From assembly GCA_032718475.1 (NCBI GenBank), contig JAUCBJ010001157.1:1-45349 (forward strand): a stretch of 45,349 nt of DNA. The letters are read 5' to 3'. A program made the translations under genes and the position numbers. Source of the stretch: Nemertoderma westbladi. Lineage: Eukaryota; Animalia; Xenacoelomorpha. This document shows, piece after piece, positions 35,837 through 45,349 of this stretch. The notes under the pieces were generated by a model. It had not been told where the DNA came from. It did not search any database and saw only the letters and a list, made by a program, of their open reading frames with translations. Every line of letters begins with the position of its first letter. Position 1 is the stretch's first letter.

Positions 35837-36380
35837 GTGTTAAGTTATACTTTATTAATATTGTGTACAGTATCCACTTTGCATCCTTCTCTATCTAAGG
35901 TGTACATCATATTTCCACCGTCGAATAAAAAAAACATATACTTGTTATGTACAGATGAATTAAGGTTTGATAAAGATATGTGTTTCATTAGAACTGCAAT
36001 CAGCGATGGGACCTTCAATAATTAGGTCAGAGTGTAATAATAATAAGACCTGGGATATTGCTGAAAAGGCGCTCATCTATGTTGAATTGTAATACATTGT
36101 AAATCCATAACTGACTATATTCTTGTTTTTTATATATATTACACCAAGTACGATTTGTTTCGAATAAGTCTACTATTTACTCTGTGAGGTAACTAACTAG
36201 AATATCATGACTATTAGTTTCAGAGGAATCCCTTCATGTTAAAGAGACTGAGGCTCCTGATTGTGGGGTAAAAATAATCTTGTTATGGTGATTTTCCCGT
36301 CCCATATAATAGTAAAGCTCGTATCTTTATCAGCTGGTCAACCTCAGAATAATAAAATTTTGAAAAATGCTGTTTTAAGC

Positions 36381-37513
36381 ATTTACATCATTATCATTCA
36401 TGCATGCATTCATCATTTACATCATTATCATTCATACATGCATTCATCATTTACATCATTATCATTCATACATGCATTCACCATTTACATCATTATCATT
36501 CATGCATGCATTCATCAGTTACATCATTATAATTCATGCATGCATTCATCAGTTACATCATTATCATTCATGCATGCATTCATCATTTACATCATTATCA
36601 TTCATGCATGCATTCACCATTTACATCATTATCATTCATGCATGCATTCATCAGTTACATCATTATAATTCATGCATGCATTCATCATTTACATCATTAT
36701 CATTCATGCATGCATTCATCATTTACATCATTATCATTCATGCATGCATTCATCAGTTACATCATTATAATTCATGCATGCATTCATCATTTACATCATT
36801 ATCATTCATGCATGCATTCATCAGTTACATCATTATAATTCATGCATGCATTCATCATTTACATCATTATCATTCATACATGCATTCACCATTTACATCA
36901 TTATCATTCATGCATGCATTCATCAGTTACATCATTATAATTCATGCATGCATTCATCAGTTACATCATTATCATTCATGCATGCATTCATCATTTACAT
37001 CATTATCATTCATGCATGCATTCACCATTTACATCATTATCATTCATGCATGCATTCATCAGTTACATCATTATAATTCATGCATGCATTCATCATTTAC
37101 ATCATTATCATTCATGCATGCATTCATCATTTACATCATTATCATTCATGCATGCATTCATCAGTTACATCATTATAATTCATGCATGCATTCATCATTT
37201 ACATCATTATCATTCATGCATGCATTCATCAGTTACATCATTATAATTCATGCATGCATTCATCATTTACATCATTATCATTCATGCATGCATTCATCAG
37301 TTACATCATTATAATTCATACATGCATTCATAATTTACATCATTATCATTCATGCATGCATTCATCATTTATATCATTATCATTCATGCATGCATTCATC
37401 AGTTACATCATTATAATTCATGCATGCATTCATCATTTACATCATTATCATTCATACATGCATTCATCAGTTACATCATTATAATTCATGCATGCATTCA
37501 TCATTTACATCAT
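36381..37513. repeat. 34-bp minisatellite (ATTTACATCATTATCATTCATGCATGCATTCATC)n, about 33 copies
   Basis: Seen directly; a 408-bp higher-order period is shown by matching ORF starts at 36536/36944 and 36774/37182. Confidence 0.97.
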
Positions 37514-38310
37514 TTTTTTATGGGGTGCAGGGAATATTTGGTATTTAAAAAAATGGCTCATTTTTTCTGTGATCACTTCCTTTTGTATATTATACTGTAT
37601 GAAGCGTTATGATTATTCTGTTTCACAGGTCGATAATCTCCACCCACATCGAAAGTTCTCAGTACAGGTACTGCGGATGCGGTATTATCTATATGTTATA
37701 TTTCTTTGTAGATATATTTTTTATTTGCATTAACTTGCTGCTGTTTTTTGTATAATTATATTGGCTTGTGTTTTAAATCTGAATTTGGAAAATAATTTTA
37801 AAATATTTATTTTTTACACGGGTATGTATTGTGGTGCAAAATTATCTGTTATACTCCGATGCTTAATGTGATTTAGTTATATTAGTTCTAAATTTTTTAT
37901 TGAGTACAATTATTTGTAATATTTAATATTTATTAAATATGTTTGACGTTCAGTTATTGTTTTTCCACAATGGGCTAAATGATGTTGTAAATTTTTATAC
38001 ATTGTTCATCATTAAGGTAGTACATTGTATGATGATCCCATTGACCCGAGTGGCTTGCTACACGATCGAATGTAGTGAGTACTAGAAAATAAAACGACGA
38101 GGACAACAGTTGTAACTCTGTAATGTATTTTATCATTACCCCAGGGGGGTCCCGGGAATGCATCTTTTTCATTGAATACAATTTAATTATTAAAAACGAT
38201 ATTAAGACACAAAGTATAGGTCCTACGTATCTGTCTGCAACAAGTGGTACCGGTAATGGTTATCGGAGAGTATGGGATGATTTTGTGAGTGCAATAGGTG
38301 CTAGGACTCT

Positions 38311-38512
38311 TTGACGCAATCAAAGTCATCCCTCTCCAGTGGAAAATCGACACAAATAACAGCTGATTACACCCAAAAATGAAACTGTAACCTGTTATAG
38401 TGTTATATTGACTTCCTTTTTTTGTTTGGTTGGAATAACGTGATTCTTTCCCTTAATTGATAATTTAACATTGAGACGCGATATTAATTCGCGGAGATGG
38501 GATTTGCGTCAA
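38311..38512. mobile_element. Small MITE-like element with short TIRs
   Basis: TTGACGCAATC ... GATTTGCGTCAA; its right part matches 1810-1875 and 15898-15960. Confidence 0.55.
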
Positions 38513-40839
38513 TTGTCATTAGCTGATTATATCTGTCTATTCCGAACAATTGTCTGACAGATGAGTTCATTGATTGAGGTATTCGGACAAGCTGCGGCCC
38601 GTTCCAACAAGCTGCGACATGCAATAAACAGATCTGAAGAATGGTCTGGCTTTGAGTAAGGAATAAATGTCACAGTTTGTAACATCCATGTGAAGCAACC
38701 CACGTATTGTTCTCCTATGATTGATATCCAGATCATAAAAAATTCCTTGTCAGGAGACGGGGGGGGGGGGGGGGGGGGGGAGTGATAACAGTCGATTGGG
38801 TAGGTAGTAGTACGGTACTGTGGTATGTAGCTTCCCTGTTTGTAAGCAGATTCCATGCAATTTGATAAAGTTATTGTAACTTTATTTATTGAAAGATTCT
38901 GTAAACTTAATTATACGTAACGCAACATCATTGACTCGTTAATTCTCTTTACCGAACCTTCCATCAAGATATAGCTGCAACAGTCAGTTAGAAAAGATCC
39001 CCCCCCCCCCCCCCCATCCCTGCAATATTTTATCATTATAATATAGTAATTCGTCAATTACATTTTGACCACAATTATTCATCTTTACAATTTATTAAAA
39101 CATAAAAAAATGGTTTGGAGGGAATTTATATACCATTAATTTATTAACTATATTAAAGGTAGGTAATATAAGTGGATTGTTGGGTGCGTTATAGGTTGTA
39201 TCAGCCTTACACGAAAGCAAGGATGCTGGGAGATAATAAGACCTACTCAGATAAATATCCAATTAATTGTCAGCAACTCTGACTTTACAATCATGAGTTC
39301 TCAGTTTTTTTCCTGACAGGACCCAGAAGTCATATGTGATCAGCGTAACAGAGTTGATCTTATCAATTACATTGGATGTGTTGTGTAGAACACAAACAGA
39401 GAGATATAGAGATATGATAGAACTTTGTTTAACCCCCTTGCGCTGTCGCATGAGTCTAACACATTGCCAAATTTTCAAAGGATAAGGTTGACGCTGTAAT
39501 AATGTGCTAGAACTAAACCGATTGGGGATTTGAGGAGGCGGTGGGACTACTTGAAGCAAATCCTAAACAATAAACAGTTACAGCAATAGTGTAACAGTTT
39601 AAGTAAAAGTGTATAGTTTTATTCCAAAAAATGTAACATTACGAAATGAAAATTAATGTATAGTTATTTCATTTGTGGGATACATAACCTGGGCGACAGC
39701 AAAGCAATTTAAAGTTTCTGGCTAAGTTTCATTGTAAAATTAACTCTGGGACGGTGGAACAGGTTGGGACCCATGGCCTTAATAGAATAAGAAAGTATGT
39801 TATCCCATCCGTAGGTGGCCTTACGTAATATTGAAACACATTTAATTTGAGCCCTTTTGTGATTTTTAATATTGTGTTGATATGCAACCATGTCTCATAC
39901 TTTCGTAAATCATTTGCATATTTCGGCCACACAGTTACTAGTAGGTTATATATGAGTCCGAGTATCATTATGTGTAGCAAATGCGCTAAGTAGCCTAGGG
40001 AGATAGTGCGGATAGTAATTCCTTATTCAGTAAGCGACCTGTAAGAGGGACGATATGGTATCCAATATACGTAGACATATAGGGTAGATGGGGGATCTTG
40101 CGTGATTTAGTTTGAAACAATCAAATTATTAACATGATAGACAGCCAGTCTCCACTTAACTAATTTAACTAACTTAATTTATTTGGATGAGGACCATACA
40201 AATTGTTTTGCCTACTTCCATTATGATATTATAATATTGATTGAATTGATCGCAAGCGACGCCTGGTGAGGCTTTCTCAGACAACCTTACTTACTTTCTG
40301 ACTCCCCCCCCCCCCCCACCCCCCTCCCTCCCTTTCTTCAGTGGCCAATTAGTCGGGAGACGGATGACTGGCGTTATGTACAACTTCTTATCAAGGTGGA
40401 CATCACATCTTACTATCTAACTACCTAATCCCAGCTGCTCCCAATCTATGTGTTTTGTTAAGATTTTTGTTGATAAAAACGCTTTACGTTATAATTAACA
40501 TGAACGCAGCTAGGCTAATCGTGGTGAATGTTATAGACAAGCCCTTATGGTTTTTCTGTGAATATTCTGGGAAACCCACCACTACTAATATTTAGGATAA
40601 GTGGAAGTGGCGCCATGTGAAGTTTCCCAGGATTTCCATTAGCAGCGAAAAAAACACATGGGAAAGAAATTTGGCCCATTCACTATCATCAGGCAACTTT
40701 AGTATTTTCGACTATCTTCCCAAACAGTCTGGGAAAGTTCACATGGGAGGTATTTTGGTATTCACGTGCTGCGCGTAGTCCTCTTTTTTGAGGTGGGATG
40801 GTCTATTGATCAGTCGGTCGGACGGTGAGTGAGAGGTGG

Positions 40840-41190
40840 GTGGGTGGATGGGAATGTGTGTGGATGGGAATGTTGGAAGATGGAAATGTGGAAATATCGG
40901 AATGTGGGAAATGGGAAGGTGGATGGGAATATGTGAAAGGTGGGTGAGAATGTGGGAAGATGGATGGGAATATGGGTGGGAATGAAGGAAGATGGGAATG
41001 TTGGAAGGTGCATGGGAATGTGGGAAGGTGGCTGGATAGGCATGGGGGAAGATGGGAATATGTGAAAGGTGGGTGACAATGTGGGAAGATGGATGGGAAT
41101 GTGGGAAGGTTGATGGGAATGTGGGAAGATGGATGGAAATGTGGAAAGGCACCCGCCCGGCGGATTCATCTACCCGGATGGGAAGGTGGA
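40840..41190 (-). repeat. G-rich inverted arm (GGGAATGTGGGAAGAT)n
   Basis: Reverse complement of the 41795-43710 satellite. Confidence 0.9.
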
Positions 41191-41197
41191 CAGATGG

Positions 41198-41792
41198 TTG
41201 TTTATTGTTTTGGTTAGAAAAGACAGCCTCGGTAACATGCTCTTTTCTCTCAATTGGTAGGTAACAACATCGTTTATTGTTTTGGTTAGGAAAGCCCGCC
41301 TATGTAACCTGCTCCTTTCCCTCAATTGGTAGGTATCAACAACCTTTATTGTTTTGGTTAGAATATCACAACCATGTAACCGGCTCCTTTCTTACAATTG
41401 GTGGGTAACAACATCGTTTATTGTTTCGGTTAAAAACGAGCGCCCCTGTAACCTTCTCCTTTCCCTCCATTTATAGGTAACAACAACTTATATTGTTTTG
41501 GTTAGAAAAGCGAAACCATGTAACCTGGCCAACACACTTTATTGTTTTGGTTATGAGGTAGGTAACAACAACAACGTTTATTGTTTGGTTAGAAAAGCCC
41601 GATTCTGTAAACTGCTTTATTCCCTGAATTGGTAACAACATCGATTATTGTTTTGGTTTGAAAATCCCGCCGCTGTAACCTGCTCCTTTCCCACAATGTG
41701 TAGGTAACAACATCGTTTATTGTTTTGGTTAGAAAATGCTGCAGCTGTAACCTGCTCCTTTCCTTAAATTGGTAGGTAACAACAACGTTTAT
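41198..41792 (+). repeat. About 72-bp tandem array of the TTTATTGTTTTGG...TGTAACCTGCTCCTTT motif, about 8 copies
   Basis: Same core as 18440-19105 but a different linker (GGTAGGTAACAACATC). Confidence 0.93.
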
Positions 41793-41794
41793 TG

Positions 41795-43710
41795 ATTCCC
41801 ATCTTCCTACATTCCCACCCACTTTCCCACCCACCTTCCTACATTCACATCTTCCAACATTCCCACCCACATTTCCATCTTCCTTTATTTCCACCCACCA
41901 TCCCACATTCCTATCCACCTTCCCATCTTCCCACATTCTCATCTTCCTACATTCCCTCCCACATTCCCACCCACCTTCCTACATTCCCATCTTCCCACAT
42001 TCCCATCCACCTTCCCACATTCCCATCCATCTTCCCACATTCCTATCCATCTTCCCACATTCCCATCCACCTTCCCACATTCCCATCTTCCTACATTCCC
42101 ACGCACTTTCCCATCTTCCTACATTCCCATCTTCCTACATTCCCATCATCCAACATTCCCACCTATCTTCCCACATTCCCACCTTCCCACATACCCATCT
42201 TCCTACATTCCCATCTTCCTACATTCCCACGCATTCCCATCTTCCTGTATTCCAATCCACCTTCCCACATTCCTTCCCACATTCCCATCTTCCTACATTC
42301 CCACGCACCTTCCCATCTTCCTACATTCCCATCTACCCACATTCCCACGCACCTTCCCACATTTCCATCTTCCTACATTCCCATCTTCCTACATTCCCAC
42401 CCATCTTCCTAAATTCCCACCTACCTTCCCACATTCCCATCTTCCCACATTCCCATCTTCCTACATTCCCACACATCTTCCTACATTCCCATCTTCCTAC
42501 ATTCCCATCTTCCTGCATTCCAATCCACATTCCCACCTTCCCATCTTCTTACATTCCCATCTTCCTGCATTCCAATCCACATTCCCATCTTCCTACATTC
42601 CCACCTACCTTCATACATTCCCATCTTCCTACATTCCCACCCACCATCCCACATTCCCATCTTCCTACATACCCACCTACCTTCCCATCTTCCTACATTA
42701 CCACCAACATTCCCATCTTCCTACATTCCCATCTTCCTACATTCCCACCTGCCTTCCCTTCTTCCTACATTCCCATCTACCCACATTCCCATCCACCTTC
42801 CCTCATTTCCATCTTCCTACATTCCCACCTACATTCCCATATTCCCGTCTTCCTATATTTCCATCTTCCCACATTCACATCTTCCTACATTCCCATCCAC
42901 CTTCCCACGTTTCCATCTTCCCACATTCCCATCTTACCAACATCCTACATTCCCAACCACCTTCCCACATTCCCATCTTCCTGCATTCCAATCCACATTC
43001 CCACCTTCCCATCTTCTTACATTCCCATCTTCCTGCATTCCAATCCACATTCCCATCTTCCTACATTCCCACCTACCTTCATACATTCCCATCTTCCTAC
43101 ATTCCCACCCACCATCCCATATTCCCATCTTCCTACATACCCACCTACCTTCCCATCTTCCTACATTACCACCAACATTCCCATCTTCCTACATTCCGAT
43201 CTTCCTACATTCCCACCTGCCTTCCCTTCTTCCTACATTCCCATCTACCCACATTCCCATCCACCTTCTCTCATTTCCATCTTCCTACATTCCCACCTAC
43301 ATTCCCATATTCCCGTCTTCCTATATTTCCATCTTCCCACATTCACATCTTCCTACATTCCCATCCACCTTCCCACGTTTCCATCTTCCCACATTCCCAT
43401 CTTACCAACATCCTACATTCCCAACCACCTTCCCACATTCCCATCTTCCTGCATTCCAATCCACCTTCCCACATTCCTACATTTCCATCTACCTACATTC
43501 CCATCTTCCTACATTCCCACCTACCTTCCCACATTCCCATCTTCCCACATTCCCATCTTCCTACATTCCCACACATCGTCCTACATTCCCATCTACCTAC
43601 ATTCCCATCTTCCCACATTCTCATCTTCCTACATTCCCACCCACCTTCATACATTTACATTCCCATCTTCCTACATCCCCACCCACCTTACCACATTCCC
43701 ATCTCCCTTC
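41795..43710. repeat. Complex C/T-rich satellite (CATCTTCCTACATTCC / CACCTTCCCACATTCC)n
   Basis: Seen directly; includes an internal duplication of about 470 bp (about 42508 versus 42977). Confidence 0.95.
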
Positions 43711-44078
43711 ATTCTATATAATATGATAACATATATATCATAATAAAATCGTTTACTTCAATTTCTGAACAAAACCATAATATTACATCGTGCATATTTT
43801 TTGCAGTGGCGCTCTGTGGACAATCTACCACTGCCTATACTTATAAGTGATGTGGCTCAATGTGTTTATTCTAGGCAATCCATGCATCGCAGCGTGGCTG
43901 TGAACTGACAGTATGCACTGTAAAATGAATAAGGTAGCCAAGCCCATATGGTTTATCTGTTAATATTCTGGACGAGCCATAAGGTGTGAATACATTTTCA
44001 TGTTATTGTGATACAGCAGCTGTAAACTTGCGGTCAATATATATTATATACCAAAAGTTAATAAAGTTATATTTACTA

Positions 44079-45090
44079 CTAGAAAGCCTGTGGCCTTTCG
44101 GGCCACAGCTTTCTAGTAATCGTGCAGAGGATATACAGTATGAATATGTGTTGAGAAATGTGTCGCAGATTGGAGAACTACAACGAAACATCACCATCAT
44201 AAAATAAAACACCGCCGCATACGAGATAACTGTCAAGTTTCAACGTTAGCTTCAGCTTATTGTAAATAACCTAATTTCGAGAAAATTATCACTTTCGGAC
44301 ATTTTACCCTCTACCTGCAGACTGCGACTGGTGAAATGCAGATGGTGCTGCAGTTCTGTAAAGATGGAGTTCATGGTGAAGTGAATTAAGATGCCTGCTT
44401 GTCAAGTTCCAGCTTAAACAGATGTAAATAACAAAATTTCGAGAAAATGTTCACTTTCAGACATTTCGCCCTCTAGCTGAAGACTGGGGAACTATAGACA
44501 ACTCAGCGACTCCGTAAAGATTGAGCCTATGATGTAGTAGATACCTACCAAAGTTTCAGCTGAAAAGAATTAAAAACAACCAAATGAGATCAGGTTTTCA
44601 CTACCAGACAATTCGCCCTCTAGCGGCAGACAGGGGAACTGTATACGACTCTAAGACTCCGTAAAGATACAGGCTATTTTGTAATATATGCATACCAAGT
44701 TCCAGTCTAAACGGATTGTAAATAACAAAGTTGGAGAAGGTGGTCACTTTCAGTGATTTCGCCCTCTAGCGGCAGACTGGAGAAATGCAGATTTATCTGT
44801 GTCTCTGTAAAAGTGCAGCCTTTGCTAAATTAGACACCTGCAAAGTTTTATCTTAAACGGATTGTAAATAACAAAGTTAGAGAAGATTTTCAATTAAGAC
44901 AATTCACCCTCTAGCGGCAGATGGTGGAACTTCAGATGGCTCTGAATATTACGTAGCAACGAGTTACGGTGAGAGACCTTTCTAACCAGCTATAGCAAGC
45001 GAGATTTCATCGAGATGGGTTTGATTGTATAGCCGATGACAAACAGACACACAGACAATTGATTTTTATATACCGGTATATTAGAATAGA
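44079..45090 (-). mobile_element. Non-autonomous Helitron with internal ~150-160-bp tandem repeats
   Basis: On the - strand: A|TCTATTCTAATAT...ATAAAAA, then (CTGT)-like repeats, about five internal units, and a 3' hairpin CTAGAAAGCTGTGGCCCGAAAGGCCACAGGCTTTCTAG|T. This gives 5'-TC, 3'-CTAG, an A|T target and no TSD. Confidence 0.85.
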
Positions 45091-45349
45091 TAAAATAATA
45101 ATAATACAGTAAAAAGGCCTACAGAAATAATCACTTTACTACAGTAAAACAATAAAATAGCTAAAATGTCATAAACCTCTCTGTAAAAGCTTCTGTGGGA
45201 TGTAACTGGCCCTTCGCCCCGCAACCCAGTTTTTCCCCCATACGCTAAAATACTCTGAAACCTACTGTAAAGGTTTTTCTGGGATATGACTGATTTGTTT
45301 TCTTTGTTAACCAGTTCCCCCTTCCAAGGCGTTGGAATCCTTTAGGAGG

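Noticed and set aside
36261-37612. His/Ile-rich ORFs
   Set aside because: Translations of the 34-bp satellite, whose period is not a multiple of 3.
40739-43128. Pro/His/Ser-rich and Gly/Trp-rich ORFs
   Set aside because: Satellite-derived, with no domain signal.

Overview
AT-rich, intron-containing eukaryotic DNA, most likely from an invertebrate animal; nothing here looks prokaryotic and no CRISPR array is present. Three host genes are recognisable: an intronless TSEN54 (7199-8797, +), a spliced C7orf57-like gene (about 11369-15670, -) and an intronless aminergic, beta-adrenergic/D1-like GPCR (31542-32744, +). The rest is mostly repeats: a 5.3-kb Mutator-like (MULE) transposon with TIRs and a 9-bp TSD, a non-autonomous Helitron, RTE and CR1/L2 LINE fragments, two tRNA-derived SINEs, several MITEs and many minisatellites. 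Most long ORFs in the track are satellite artefacts. The most unusual signal is one bipartite motif, TTTATTGTTTTGG(TTAGAAAA)...TGTAACCTGCTCCTTT, found inside at least seven inverted-repeat elements with unrelated termini and in two tandem arrays, almost always on the + strand. Also notable are foldback elements with asymmetric satellite arms and dense clusters of TA-flanked short words (TACAGTA, TACCGGTA, TAGGCCTA) that look like transposon excision footprints. All family assignments come from motif recognition by eye, not from database searches.
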